A DNA stretch of 64,000 bases from Candidatus Hydrogenedentota bacterium (GCA_963745075.1 CAVUWV010000018.1:128001-192000), one strand, 5' to 3'; positions 31,116 through 41,747 are shown, counted from the stretch's first letter. Notes: generated by a model not told the origin, from the sequence alone. Program-made: numbers and translations.

Positions 31116-34100
31116 TTACTTTGCGGTCGCTTCAACGGAAGGCGCAGAATCCTCGGACGACGCAGTCGGCAGTATCTCGGCGAGGTGCGCGGTGAACGTA
31201 TACAACGTCGGAACGACGACGAGCGTGAGCACCGTAGCGAAGGTCAGGCCGAAGATCACCGCCACGGCCATGGAGCCCCACCATTGGCTTGACTCGCCGC
31301 CGATGGTCCAGTGGAATTCGCGGAAATTGAAGCTGATGCCGAGGGCCATCGGAACCAGACCGAGAATGGTGGTGATTGCCGTTAACATGACTGGACGGAA
31401 CCGCGTCATCCCGCCTTCGACGACCGCATCTTCGAGCGACAATCCGCGGTTGCGAAGCTGGTTGATGAAATCGATCAACACAATGGCATTGTTGACGACC
31501 ACCCCGGCAAGGCTGATCGCCCCAATCCCGGTCATGAGAATCCCGAAAGGCATGTGGAAGATGAACAGCCCGAGGAAAACGCCGGCGAGGGACAAAATCA
31601 CCGAGCTGACGATGATGAACGGTTGCAGAATCGAATTGAATTGAGCGACCAACACCAGTGTAATCAGCAAGATAGCTGCGGCAAACGCGCGCGCCAGAAA
31701 ATCTTCGGTTTCGACCGTGTCTTCGTTTTCGCCCGTATACGCAACGGTGTATCCGGCGGGCAGCGGGAAATCTTCCATCGCTTCTTGAACTTTGCCGAGC
31801 ACTTCCTGGCCCGACTTCCCGGCGACGACATCCGCCGAGACTGTCACGGTCCGGTTCCGATCGATTCGGGTAATACTCCCTAGCCCCGCGCCCTGTTCGA
31901 TGTGTGCCACAGTGGACAATGGAACGGGTTGACCGTTGAGGTTGATGAGATCCATGGACTCGATATTGGAGAGGTCTTCCCGGAAGGCTTGCGGGAAACG
32001 GACCATCACGTCGTATTCCTCGTCGCCCTCGCGGTAGTCGCCGGCCTTCCGGCCTTCCACGGCCGTCTGCACGGTCATTCCGATAAACGATGTATTCAAC
32101 CCGGTTTTCCACGCCTCTTGCCGATCGACAATGACGCGCACTTCCGGCTTGCCTTTGTTGTAGTCGTCGCGCAAATCGACCAGACCGGGGACGTCCCTAA
32201 TATGTTCGCGAATGTCTTTCGCTAATTGCGAAAGGGTATCAAAGTCTTCTCCACTAATCTCGATGTTGATCGGCGGACCGGTGGGCGGGCCCATCTCCAT
32301 CTTTTCGATGCGCACTTCGGCGCCGGTTGCATTGGCGAGATCGCGGCGGACGTCCTCGACGATCGTACTGGGCATGACGGTGCAGTCTTCCAACTTTGGG
32401 AAGTCCAGTGTCACCCGGCTCAGGTGCGTCGTGTTCGCCCTCCGCTCTCCGTAGAGGCTCACCCCCTGCGACCCGACGTTGGCGATGATGTGTTCGATAT
32501 TGTCGCGATAGGGCTCGAGCACCTCTTCCACCAAACGCACGTAGGAATCGGACGTGGCCAGGTTGGTGCCTTCGGGGCACTTGATGTCGATGTTGGCCTG
32601 GGGCGGTTCGATGGTAGGGGTAAACTCGAATTCGGCGTGCGTGAGGAATTCAATGGTAATTACGACCAGAACCGTGACAGCCAGGGTAATTGTGATGGCA
32701 CGCCACCGAATGGCCGAGCGGAGGAGCGCGCCGTAGGCATGGAGGATCGGATGGCGTTCCACGCGACCGTCTTCGACCGCCTTCACGCGGGCTCGCATGA
32801 AGCGCCCGGCGAGCGCGGGGTTCACAATAAGACCTACAAACAAGGAGGACGACAAGGCCAAGGTGACGGTCAGGGGCAGGTATACCATGAACTTGCCCCA
32901 GATACCGGGCCAGAAGAACATGGGCGCGAAGGCCGCGACGGTGGTCAAGGTCGAGCCGATGATCGGCCACGCGACCTCGTCGACGCCTTGCTTGGCTGCC
33001 GCAACGCGATCGAGCCCCATCTGCATGTGCCGGTAGATGTTCTCGACCACGACGATCCCGTTGTCGACGAGCATCCCCAAGGCGAGGGTCAAGCTGAACA
33101 GGACCACCATGTTCAGCGTGACGCCGAACATATACAACACGAAGAAGGTGATCAGCATAGACACGGGGATGGCCAGGGCAACAAACAAGGCGTTTGTGAA
33201 ACCCAGAAACACGAAGATGACCGCCAATACGAGGATCAAACCGCTAAGGATACTGTTTTCGAGCTCGGTCACCATGTCGCGCACGAACGTGGATTCGTCC
33301 CACGTCATGGCAATCGTCATGCCGCTGGGCAGATCTCGCTTGAGCTGGCCAAACAGGGTGTTCACTTGGTCGGCGATGCGAATGATGTTCTCGCCGGACC
33401 GCTTGGAGATCGCCAGGGTAATCGCAGGTTGACCGTCCACGCGCGACAAACTGTCCAAGTCTTTGAATCCGTCCTTTACGGTGGCGATGTCGCGCAGGTA
33501 GACGGTGCCTTCCGGTCCGGTTTTCACCACCAGACTTTTCAACTCGTCGGGCGTACGAATTTCCCCGGGTGTCCGCATCAGGAATTTTGCTTCACCGAGA
33601 TCCATGGATCCGCCGGGGGTGTTGACGTTTTCGAGCCGGGTGACTTCGACGAGTTCGGCGAGGGAAATGCCGTATTCAGCGACCCGCGCGGGGTCCACTT
33701 CGATCTGAATCTCGCGCTCGACACCGCCGATAATTTGCACATCGAGGACACCCGGAATGGCTTCGATGCGGTCCTCCAAGTCATCGGCAATCTCATTTAG
33801 CACGGGAAGCCCGGCGTTCCCCGTCAGAGACATGAGCATGATGGGAAGTTCGCCGAGATTAATTTCACTGATGATGGGATCGTCGGCATCCTCGGGTAGA
33901 TCCTGCTTCGCCAGATCGACTTTGTCACGAACCCGCTGCAGGGCGTCTTCAATGATCGTGTCGGGCTGGAACTCGATATTGATTGTGGAAACGCCTTCGA
34001 CGCTCGTGGAAGTGACCTCTTTAACGTCGGACAACCCGGTCAGCTTCCGTTCGATCGGGACCGTAACGAGGGATTCGATGTCCTCCGGCGTGACGCCTTC

Positions 34101-34253
34101 GTAGGTGACGGTGACGTTGACGAAGGGAACGACGACTTCGGGGTTCGATTCCCGGGGCAGGACCATATAGGCGTAAATGCCGGCAACAGAAATGATGAAG
34201 AGCAACACGATAACGGTGGTGCTTCGGTCTACGGCGAAGTTGGTGATCTTCAC
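31116..34253 (-). CDS. RND efflux permease (AcrB/AcrD/AcrF family)
   Basis: LGMLVDNGIVVVENIYRH, GVVVNNAIVLID and RFRPVMLTAITT; 1045 aa. Confidence 0.95.
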   Translation of the reverse strand: MKITNFAVDRSTTVIVLLFIISVAGIYAYMVLPRESNPEVVVPFVNVTVTYEGVTPEDIESLVTVPIERKLTGLSDVKEVTSTSVEGVSTINIEFQPDTIIEDALQRVRDKVDLAKQDLPEDADDPIISEINLGELPIMLMSLTGNAGLPVLNEIADDLEDRIEAIPGVLDVQIIGGVEREIQIEVDPARVAEYGISLAELVEVTRLENVNTPGGSMDLGEAKFLMRTPGEIRTPDELKSLVVKTGPEGTVYLRDIATVKDGFKDLDSLSRVDGQPAITLAISKRSGENIIRIADQVNTLFGQLKRDLPSGMTIAMTWDESTFVRDMVTELENSILSGLILVLAVIFVFLGFTNALFVALAIPVSMLITFFVLYMFGVTLNMVVLFSLTLALGMLVDNGIVVVENIYRHMQMGLDRVAAAKQGVDEVAWPIIGSTLTTVAAFAPMFFWPGIWGKFMVYLPLTVTLALSSSLFVGLIVNPALAGRFMRARVKAVEDGRVERHPILHAYGALLRSAIRWRAITITLAVTVLVVITIEFLTHAEFEFTPTIEPPQANIDIKCPEGTNLATSDSYVRLVEEVLEPYRDNIEHIIANVGSQGVSLYGERRANTTHLSRVTLDFPKLEDCTVMPSTIVEDVRRDLANATGAEVRIEKMEMGPPTGPPINIEISGEDFDTLSQLAKDIREHIRDVPGLVDLRDDYNKGKPEVRVIVDRQEAWKTGLNTSFIGMTVQTAVEGRKAGDYREGDEEYDVMVRFPQAFREDLSNIESMDLINLNGQPVPLSTVAHIEQGAGLGSITRIDRNRTVTVSADVVAGKSGQEVLGKVQEAMEDFPLPAGYTVAYTGENEDTVETEDFLARAFAAAILLITLVLVAQFNSILQPFIIVSSVILSLAGVFLGLFIFHMPFGILMTGIGAISLAGVVVNNAIVLIDFINQLRNRGLSLEDAVVEGGMTRFRPVMLTAITTILGLVPMALGISFNFREFHWTIGGESSQWWGSMAVAVIFGLTFATVLTLVVVPTLYTFTAHLAEILPTASSEDSAPSVEATAK

Positions 34254-35323
34254 TGGACGGTTTCTTGGACCTTGACCGGCTCGCCGGGCCGCACGTCACG
34301 CTGGCCCACGACGATGAGGCGGTCGCCGGGAGCGAGGCCCTCCGTAATCTGCACGGTGTCCCCCTGCACGACCCCGATCTCGATGGGACGCAGTTGGGCA
34401 ACGCCGTCTTCTTCCAAAAACACGTACCGCCGGTCGTCGAGCAACATGGCGGAAAAGATCGGGATGACAATCGCTTCCGGATACACCTTTCGCGTCAGTT
34501 CGGTGCGTGCGATCATGCCCGGTTTCAAACAGCCGTCGGGGTTGTCCAGCGCGATTTCGGTGGTGAAGGTGTGGGTCGTCAAATCGGCTGTGGGGGTAAT
34601 CGTCTCGATGGTTCCGTCGAAGGCACGGCCGGGGTACGCGTCGAGCTTCACCGGCACCTTGTCCCCCACCGTGAAATACGGAATGTCCCGCTCGGGGATA
34701 CCGACTTTGACCTTGACCTTCTGCAATTGCACCAGACGAACCAAGGGCTTCCCGGGATCCACGAACTCGTCCTTCTCCTGAAACACCCGGTCGACTACGC
34801 CGTCAAACGGAGAGGTGATGGTGCTCTTGTCGACCTGAATACGCGTGGCGCGCAAGCTGGCGGACGCAACGTCCCGGCTGGCGACGGCGTTGTCTTCATC
34901 CTGCTGCGTGGAGGCGCCGCGTTGGCGCAGCCGCTGGATGCGCTCGAATTCCTGCGTGGATAGGCGTGCCCGGGCCTCGGCTTCTTCCAGGGCGGCCTGA
35001 AGCGCTTCGCTGTCGATGCGGAACAACTCCTGGCCCTTGGTAACGGAGTCACCGCTATCGACCCCCTTCCAGTCGATGGGACCTGCGGTCTCGGCGGCGA
35101 TGGTCACGTCTTCCCACGGGTAGACGGTACCGGTCAACGTGAGGCGGTCCCGAAGCTCCTGGGCTTCCAACACCTTTACTTTGACGTTGGGAACACGCTC
35201 CGCCTGGTCTGTGGTGTCACTTGCGGAAGCTTCCTGGCGTCCCAAGCGTGGCATAAGAACGATGACCGTTCCGGCAGCCACAATGGCTACGCATACGCCT
35301 AAACTAATCAACGCCTTCTTCAT
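34250..35323 (-). CDS. RND periplasmic adaptor (membrane fusion protein)
   Basis: ITSPFDGVV, LKPGM and GLAPGDRLIVVGQ; 4-bp overlap with the permease. Confidence 0.9.
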   Translation of the reverse strand: MKKALISLGVCVAIVAAGTVIVLMPRLGRQEASASDTTDQAERVPNVKVKVLEAQELRDRLTLTGTVYPWEDVTIAAETAGPIDWKGVDSGDSVTKGQELFRIDSEALQAALEEAEARARLSTQEFERIQRLRQRGASTQQDEDNAVASRDVASASLRATRIQVDKSTITSPFDGVVDRVFQEKDEFVDPGKPLVRLVQLQKVKVKVGIPERDIPYFTVGDKVPVKLDAYPGRAFDGTIETITPTADLTTHTFTTEIALDNPDGCLKPGMIARTELTRKVYPEAIVIPIFSAMLLDDRRYVFLEEDGVAQLRPIEIGVVQGDTVQITEGLAPGDRLIVVGQRDVRPGEPVKVQETVQ

Positions 35324-35395
35324 AGTGTCACTCCGCTGCGCAGATAATCCGTGCGCCCGGCGCTATGCTGGGATTATCAACCCCACGCGAAAACG

Positions 35396-36037
35396 CTACT
35401 GCATTCCCCCATCGGCTGGAACGCGTACACGGGCCCCGTCCAAGAAGATATCGACCAGTTTTTCCCCTAACGCGGTCGACAATTCCATGTGCGGACGGTT
35501 GGTCTTCGTCATAATGTGCATATCCATCATGCCGCAAAATGCCATGGCAAGCGTGTCGGCCTCGTAGCCGGCGAAATCGCCGCTTTCGATCCCTTCCTGC
35601 ATAATGCTGCGAATCCGGGTGAATCGCGATTCCCACAGTTCGTCTTTGTCGAGCTTCGGGGCCTGATGCCGCGGGGCGAAGAACGTGTGAAAAATCAGGC
35701 GCACGACCGTGGGCGATCCTTCGGCATGTTCGAAGATGTTGCAGATCAGAACCTTGAGCCGTTGCCGATACCCGGCGACACCCGCCAACACCCGGTCCAT
35801 ATCCTCGACGAGTTCGGCGAACCAGGACTCGACCAATCGTCGGAAGAGGTGCTCTTTATTCTCGAAGTAGTAGTAGAGCACCGGGCGTGTAACTTCTGCC
35901 CGCTCAATGATTTCCCGAATACTGGTGCCCTCGTAGCCTTTCTCCGAAAAGAGGCCGAGTGCGCTTGCCAACAAGCGCTTTTCGGCCTCGTTGGCTGTAC
36001 TCACTTCGTCCGGAATTCTGTCGATTCGTGTGGACAT
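35396..36037 (-). CDS. TetR/AcrR family transcriptional regulator
   Basis: LFSEKGYEGTSIREIIERAEVTRPVLYYYFENKEHL HTH; GGAG RBS before ATG 36037. Confidence 0.9.
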   Translation of the reverse strand: MSTRIDRIPDEVSTANEAEKRLLASALGLFSEKGYEGTSIREIIERAEVTRPVLYYYFENKEHLFRRLVESWFAELVEDMDRVLAGVAGYRQRLKVLICNIFEHAEGSPTVVRLIFHTFFAPRHQAPKLDKDELWESRFTRIRSIMQEGIESGDFAGYEADTLAMAFCGMMDMHIMTKTNRPHMELSTALGEKLVDIFLDGARVRVPADGGMQ

Positions 36038-36075
36038 TGTAACTCCGTTCACCCCCAAACTCTCATCAGCACAAT

Positions 36076-36105
36076 ATCTTAGTGGTCCACCGGCTCTCCT
36101 GTCAA
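36076..36105 (-). promoter_or_regulatory. Putative sigma70 promoter of the tetR-MFP-RND operon
   Basis: TTGACA-18 nt-TAAGAT; the near-palindrome GTGGACCAC in the spacer could be a TetR operator. Confidence 0.5.
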
Positions 36106-36258
36106 CGGCGGCAGTTTTGGTATCCGCAAACGTTTTCGCCCCCCTTGATTCGGACCTACCAGGAAGTATACACGAATCTCGACGGCAAATGCTTTCCACG
36201 TGATTCGTGTTTTGGGAGTGATACGCGTTTCCCAAAACGATGGATGGCATCTGTTACG

Positions 36259-36287
36259 TTGACACGAGGAGAACTTCGGAATAAAGT
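36259..36287 (+). promoter_or_regulatory. Putative sigma70 promoter of the peroxidase gene
   Basis: TTGACA-17 nt-TAAAGT. Confidence 0.6.
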
Positions 36288-36440
36288 GTTGGGAGTAATA
36301 AGTGGGACCTGAGAACGGTTCCGGATACCTCGCGGTGTCGTTGCAGAACAACGATCCGGTTCTTCGGGGGAAGAGCGGATTGATTCTGGGACGGGGAGGA
36401 AATGGCCGGATACCGGACGAGCGTGGTTCCAAAGGGGGAT

Positions 36441-37832
36441 ATGACCATGTCGCGAACGAAGAAGCGCCTATTCATCGCCGTCGTTGTTGTGCTCTTACTG
36501 CTCCTAGCCATGCCGGTTTCGAACCTCATTGTGGGGCTTCCGCAGAACAATGCGATCGCGTCGATTGTCACCAACAACGACACGTTTGCGGAAGCGCGGG
36601 ATGTGATGGCCCAGAAGTGCGTCAATTGCCATGCGGAAGACTACGTGCTGCCCAAGTATGCGTTTCTGCCGATTGTCAAGGGGATCATCGAGCGCGATAT
36701 CCACGTTGGCACGGAGTACATGGATCTCGCCAAGTCGCTTCGGACCGAGCCGGGCACTCCGGTATCCGAGGTGGTCGTTGCGAAGATCGAGCAAACGCTG
36801 AATGACGGTTCGATGCCGCCCAAGCCGTACTTGGCGTTGCACTGGAACGGCGCGCTCACCGAGCCGGAGCGGGATGGCATCATGAATTGGATCCGTTCCG
36901 TGCGCACGGCCAATTACGCCACGGGCACGGCGGCGCCGGCATTCGCGAGCGACATGCTGCAACCGGTGCCCGATTCGGTCGACGAAGACCCGGCCAAAGT
37001 CGCCCTTGGCGACAAGCTGTTCCACGACACGCGCCTGTCCGGCGACAACTCCGTTTCGTGCGCAAGCTGTCACTCGCTGGACAAGGGGGGTACGGATCAA
37101 CGCCAATACGCGCTTGGCGTAGGCGACACCGAGGGCGGCATCAACTCGCCGACCGTGTACAATTCGGGACTGCATTTTGCCCAATTCTGGGACGGCCGCG
37201 CGGCGAATCTGGAAGAACAGGCGGATGGGCCCGTGAACAATCCCGCCGAGATGGCGAGCAACTGGCAGGAAGTTTGCACGAAGCTCAATCAGGACCCGGA
37301 GTTCATCGAGCAATTCAATGCGGTGTACCCGGAAGGCCCGTCGAAGGAGTCTATGATCGATGCGATTGCGACCTTCGAACGCACCTTGGTTACGCCGAAC
37401 AGCAAATTCGACCGGTACCTGAAAGGTGAAACGGATACCCTGAACGCGGAGGAGCTGAAGGGCCATCAGCTCTTCATGGAATTCGGCTGCGCGACCTGCC
37501 ATGTTGGCAAGGCGATGGGCGGCCAGTCCTATGAGAAAATGGGACGCACGAAGGATTTCTTTACGGGCCGCAAGCTCACCGATGCGGACAACGGCCGGTA
37601 CAACGTCACGAAGGACGAAGCCGACCGGCACAAGTTCAAGACGCCGACCTTGCGCAACATCGCGGTGACCGAGCCGTACTTCCACGACGGTTCGACGAGC
37701 GACCTCGAGGAGGTGGTTCGCGTCATGGCCGAATACCAGATCGGCAAAACGATGACAGACGACCAAGTGACCGCCGTGACGGCGTTCCTGAACACACTGA
37801 CCGGCGAGTATAAGGGGAAGATTCTCCAGTAA
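36441..37832 (+). CDS. yhjA: Tri-heme cytochrome c peroxidase (YhjA type)
   Basis: Three CxxCH motifs (CVNCH, CASCH, CATCH); N-terminal TM and haem-binding domain (MPP..Y..HW); QFWDGRA, FKTPTLRN and PYFHDGS. Confidence 0.85.
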   Translation: MTMSRTKKRLFIAVVVVLLLLLAMPVSNLIVGLPQNNAIASIVTNNDTFAEARDVMAQKCVNCHAEDYVLPKYAFLPIVKGIIERDIHVGTEYMDLAKSLRTEPGTPVSEVVVAKIEQTLNDGSMPPKPYLALHWNGALTEPERDGIMNWIRSVRTANYATGTAAPAFASDMLQPVPDSVDEDPAKVALGDKLFHDTRLSGDNSVSCASCHSLDKGGTDQRQYALGVGDTEGGINSPTVYNSGLHFAQFWDGRAANLEEQADGPVNNPAEMASNWQEVCTKLNQDPEFIEQFNAVYPEGPSKESMIDAIATFERTLVTPNSKFDRYLKGETDTLNAEELKGHQLFMEFGCATCHVGKAMGGQSYEKMGRTKDFFTGRKLTDADNGRYNVTKDEADRHKFKTPTLRNIAVTEPYFHDGSTSDLEEVVRVMAEYQIGKTMTDDQVTAVTAFLNTLTGEYKGKILQ

Positions 37833-37842
37833 GACGTTACCG

Positions 37843-37877
37843 GTAGGCGAGCTTTCCATCGCGGGGGGCTCGCCTAC
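37843..37877. terminator. GTAG-flanked inverted repeat (REP-like, possible bidirectional terminator) between convergent genes
   Basis: Perfect 10-bp arms gtaggcgagc / gctcgcctac. Confidence 0.55.
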
Positions 37878-39811
37878 GTATTTTCCGCGAGCTGAAACTG
37901 CACATCGTACAATTTCTTGTAGAGCCCCCCTTGCGCGAGTAATTCGGCGTGCGTTCCCTGCTCGGCAATTCGCCCTTGGTCGAGGACGAGAATCCGGTCG
38001 GCCCGTTGCACCGTGGAGAGACGGTGCGCGATGACTAGGGTCGTGCGCCCGACGACGTTCTCTTCAATCGCCTGCTGGATCGCCCGCTCGCTTTCGGAAT
38101 CGAGGCTCGAGGTCGCCTCATCCAGGATCAGGATTGCGGGATCCTTAATTACGGCGCGCGCGATGGCAAGCCGTTGGCGTTGTCCGCCGGATAACGAACC
38201 GCCGGACTCGGCGAGCACGGTGTCGTACCCGTCCCGTAACTGCTCGATGAAGCCGCTGGCATGGGCCGCACGCGCGGCGGTGGCGATCTGTTGTTCGGTG
38301 AAGGACCTGGAACCAAACGCGATGTTTTGGGCAACTGATTCGTTAAATAGGATGGATTCCTGCGTGACGATTCCGATCTGCCTGCGAAGGCTCGCGAAGG
38401 TCGCCTCGCGGATGTCGGCGCCGTCGATCCGGATTACGCCGCCGGTGACGTCGTAGAAGCGCGGGATCAACTTGGCCACGGTAGTCTTTCCCGCGCCGCT
38501 GAATCCGACGAGAGCCACCATCTCCCCTTTCCGAATCTCGAAACTCACGCCGGCCAACACATCGCATTCTCCGTCGTAGGAAAAGCGGACGTTGTCGAAA
38601 CGGACAGATTCGCGCAAGCGCGGCAAGTCGGCCGCGGAGGGTTTCTCTTCGACGTCGGATTTCAAATCCACGAACTCGAGGACACGCTCGGCACTCGCGG
38701 CGCTGGCCTGGATCATGTTGTTGATCAGCGACAGCCGCATGATGGGGTCGAGCAGCGCAGCGAGGGCGCCCACCAGGATGACCAGTGCGCCACTGTCGAG
38801 TTGGCCGGACGCGACGGCGTTATTGCCCACGAACAGGAACACGACCAGCCCCAGTACAATCAAGAGCTGCGTGATCGGCGCAATACTGGCGTCCGCCCGG
38901 ACCATCTTCTTGAGTTGCAGACGGAGGTTTGCCAGATGCCCCTCCACACGATCGATCTGGTGCTCCTCCATGGAAAACCCTTTCACGACCGGCATGCCTC
39001 GGACCGCCTCGGTAACGGTGCCGGCCAAGCTCGCGACATTCTCCAGGGAACGGCGTGCGCGCTTTTTCACCTCGCGTCCGATTCGGAAGATGGCGTATAC
39101 GATCGGGGGTAACACGATCCCGGCGAGGAGCGTCATACGCCAATCCACGGCGAGCGCGATGATGACACATACCAGGGCTCGAATGGGCTCGCTGAACACG
39201 CGCACGAACACGTTGGTCAGGCCGCGGTTCACCATGAAGGCGTCGTTGGTGAAGCGCGATACCACCTCGCCGGTGGTGTGTTTTTCGAAAAACAGGAGCG
39301 ACAGGTTCATGACGTTGCGAAACATGTCGCGCACGAGCCGGATCGTAATTGAGACTCCCAGTAACCCGGCGGTATAGCCTTGAATGAACCGGGCTACGCC
39401 GCTCGCGGCAGCAAGCGAAACAAGGGCTGTGGCGAGTACCGCCAATGCAGTGGTTCGCTCCGCCCGCATCTGAGCGACGATTTTTCGGAGGGCGTCATCG
39501 ATGGCGTTCGGAGCCCATCCCAAATGGTTTTCCAGGGAGGTGCTCACGGTATGGATTTGCGCGATGGTGTGCGCGACTTGGTTGTCCACGGCCGCCTGTT
39601 CGCCGAAGACGATGCGCACGACAACGCCGATGGCCACGATCATGCCGCCGAAACACGCGCCCGCGATGATGGCGAAGAACAGCGAGGTAAACAGGAGTGT
39701 CCGGTGGTTCCACGCGTATGCGATCAGACGGGGATAGACCTTCCAGGCGTTGCGCCGTGGGCGGCGCTCACCATCTTTCTCGAAACTCGATACGGCGCGA
39801 ACGTTAAGCAT
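37874..39811 (-). CDS. ABC transporter, fused permease and ATPase (MsbA-like)
   Basis: GFSGAGKTT, LSGGQRQR, ILILDEATSSLD and IAHRLST; N-terminal TM domain. Confidence 0.9.
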   Translation of the reverse strand: MLNVRAVSSFEKDGERRPRRNAWKVYPRLIAYAWNHRTLLFTSLFFAIIAGACFGGMIVAIGVVVRIVFGEQAAVDNQVAHTIAQIHTVSTSLENHLGWAPNAIDDALRKIVAQMRAERTTALAVLATALVSLAAASGVARFIQGYTAGLLGVSITIRLVRDMFRNVMNLSLLFFEKHTTGEVVSRFTNDAFMVNRGLTNVFVRVFSEPIRALVCVIIALAVDWRMTLLAGIVLPPIVYAIFRIGREVKKRARRSLENVASLAGTVTEAVRGMPVVKGFSMEEHQIDRVEGHLANLRLQLKKMVRADASIAPITQLLIVLGLVVFLFVGNNAVASGQLDSGALVILVGALAALLDPIMRLSLINNMIQASAASAERVLEFVDLKSDVEEKPSAADLPRLRESVRFDNVRFSYDGECDVLAGVSFEIRKGEMVALVGFSGAGKTTVAKLIPRFYDVTGGVIRIDGADIREATFASLRRQIGIVTQESILFNESVAQNIAFGSRSFTEQQIATAARAAHASGFIEQLRDGYDTVLAESGGSLSGGQRQRLAIARAVIKDPAILILDEATSSLDSESERAIQQAIEENVVGRTTLVIAHRLSTVQRADRILVLDQGRIAEQGTHAELLAQGGLYKKLYDVQFQLAENT

Positions 39812-39882
39812 AATTATCCTGCGCTACGGTTCCGCGCCCGACCGCCGGTCCCGTAGCGCGAATCGTAATCGCGTTCATGGTT

Positions 39883-40671
39883 TTATTCCGCATCCGGTTC
39901 GCGGGAGAAATCGCGGCGAAGGGCTTCCAATCCGCCGATGAATTCCTCAGTCATGGGAAAGGGCCCCGGATACGGAAGATACTTTACGCTCTTACGGTTC
40001 AATGAAATCACCCATCCCCCCGGAACATCGTGTTGTCCCGGGAATTCAATGAACAATGGCACGCCCGCGTCAAACGTCTCGTCGGTCTTGATGCCGCGAT
40101 CGGCCAAGTCATCCGACAGGTCCGTTCTCAGTTGATATAGCGTATCGGACCCGGCCGTACCGGTTCCGTCTGCCACGGTGATATCTCCATCGAGCGATTC
40201 GCCGCGTGCCAGGCGTTCGCGGTATGCGGCAAGCAGGGCCCGACCTTCTTCGTCATTGGATACGGCGTGGCCCAAGTAGACGAATCCGGGCGTGTCGTAG
40301 ACATCATGCATCGTGAACGCGCGATAGCCGTCGAGATAGCTGAGCAAAAGCGCCGCATCCTCGTCGACAGTCAGACCGGTCACGCGTCCGTCTACGAGAT
40401 ATCCGCGATGGCCCACGCCCGGTTCGGGCATCAGCACCGCACCTTCCGAGCTGACCGGGGGCAGTACACCTTCCCGGTGTTGCGCGCTCATGGTGACGGC
40501 CAGCCCGAGACTCGACGTGGAATACGCCCCGTCGATCCGGTCGTCCACACCCGCGCGCGCATTCTTCCCCACACCGAGCAGGATAAGGGTCGGTACGATA
40601 AGTCCCAGCAACAGGACCGATTGACGTGTTGTCCATGGGTGATAGGAGAATTCTCTATTCGTTCGCTGCAT
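39883..40671 (-). CDS. Degenerate DUF1559-like membrane-anchored protein
   Basis: Single TM; LGLAVTMSAQHREGVLPP aligns with [18 protein letters not shown] of the 2716..3609 protein; C-terminal H..PGG..YPGPFPMT. Confidence 0.55.
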   Translation of the reverse strand: MQRTNREFSYHPWTTRQSVLLLGLIVPTLILLGVGKNARAGVDDRIDGAYSTSSLGLAVTMSAQHREGVLPPVSSEGAVLMPEPGVGHRGYLVDGRVTGLTVDEDAALLLSYLDGYRAFTMHDVYDTPGFVYLGHAVSNDEEGRALLAAYRERLARGESLDGDITVADGTGTAGSDTLYQLRTDLSDDLADRGIKTDETFDAGVPLFIEFPGQHDVPGGWVISLNRKSVKYLPYPGPFPMTEEFIGGLEALRRDFSREPDAE

Positions 40672-40673
40672 CT

Positions 40674-41747
40674 TTACACCTTAAGAAGGATCTGTTTGCG
40701 ATCCAGGAAGATAGCGATGCTGCCCAGAAACACGATGGGCAAGACTCCGACGAGCAAAAGGGTCCAATACGGCGACGCGTTCAAGAAATCGCGGTCCAGC
40801 GCGTTCAGGTACTGGTCGACGACAACGAACGCCAGGACGTAGACCAACAACAGGTTTTTCCCCAGCGAACTCAACAGGGGAAACCGGATACCGACTTGCT
40901 CGAAACCAAAGCACATAGTCAGCATCAATCCGGAGATACCGATGGCAAACAGGGCCAGCGACGCGGTTACGTCATGGTGTTCGGCGGGCTGGAGCCAATC
41001 GATGCAGTAACAGGCCACCAAAGAGTAAAAGGAAATGGGCGCCACACGAGAGCGAAAGGCGGTTGCGAAACCGTCGGGATGAGTCCACACCCATTGAGCA
41101 AAGCAGGTTGAAACGATGGCGACTCCAGCCAACCCTACTGCGCCGAAGGGGAACCGAAAGAGGTCGAGGGGTCCGTCAATAAATCCGTAATGGTGAAAGA
41201 ACGGCGAGGCGTACAACACGGCGTGGACCGCGAGCACGGCAAGTCCGAGCAGGAAGCGGTAGTTGGCATTGCGCACCAGCCAGATCGTGAGATAGGCCGC
41301 GAAGGCGCCAATCGCAAGTTTCGCGAGCGTGCTTCCGTAAAGCACCTCGTCCCAACGGATCTCATGGCGGTTGGGATATGCCACGATCGCCTCGATAACC
41401 GAAAGCATGAACAAGAGCAGCACCCGGCGAGCGCCGTACAAGGCGGCGGCGAGCCCCCCCTTCTTCTGGATGCGGCTCGTAAACGCGAGGTAGGCCACAA
41501 ACCCCATAACGAACATAAAGATTTGCTGCCCGATGTCGATGATAGTGATCAAGGGAACGGGGCCGCTGTAGTACTTGTAACCGTGGTTCAAAAAGGTCGG
41601 GCCCAACTGGGGTATGCCAAGAATCGGGTCGCCCGAAACTCCGTAGGTGATCATGGAAAAAATGTACACGATCGACACGAGACCGCGACTTTGATCGAGC
41701 CAGTCGTATCGTTGATGCAACGCACCGCCAGTCCTGGATTCTGACAT
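40674..41747 (-). CDS. Multi-TM acyltransferase-like protein (HGSNAT/DUF5009-like)
   Basis: RYDWLDQSRG, IDIGQQIFMFVMG and LGKNLLLVY; about 10 TM segments. Confidence 0.65.
   Translation of the reverse strand: MSESRTGGALHQRYDWLDQSRGLVSIVYIFSMITYGVSGDPILGIPQLGPTFLNHGYKYYSGPVPLITIIDIGQQIFMFVMGFVAYLAFTSRIQKKGGLAAALYGARRVLLLFMLSVIEAIVAYPNRHEIRWDEVLYGSTLAKLAIGAFAAYLTIWLVRNANYRFLLGLAVLAVHAVLYASPFFHHYGFIDGPLDLFRFPFGAVGLAGVAIVSTCFAQWVWTHPDGFATAFRSRVAPISFYSLVACYCIDWLQPAEHHDVTASLALFAIGISGLMLTMCFGFEQVGIRFPLLSSLGKNLLLVYVLAFVVVDQYLNALDRDFLNASPYWTLLLVGVLPIVFLGSIAIFLDRKQILLKV

Noticed and set aside
32226..33800. Long antisense ORFs (e.g. 32226..33800, 36504..37859, 49412..50590, 14568..15758)
   Set aside because: These are shadow frames of well-supported genes on the opposite strand, expected at high GC.
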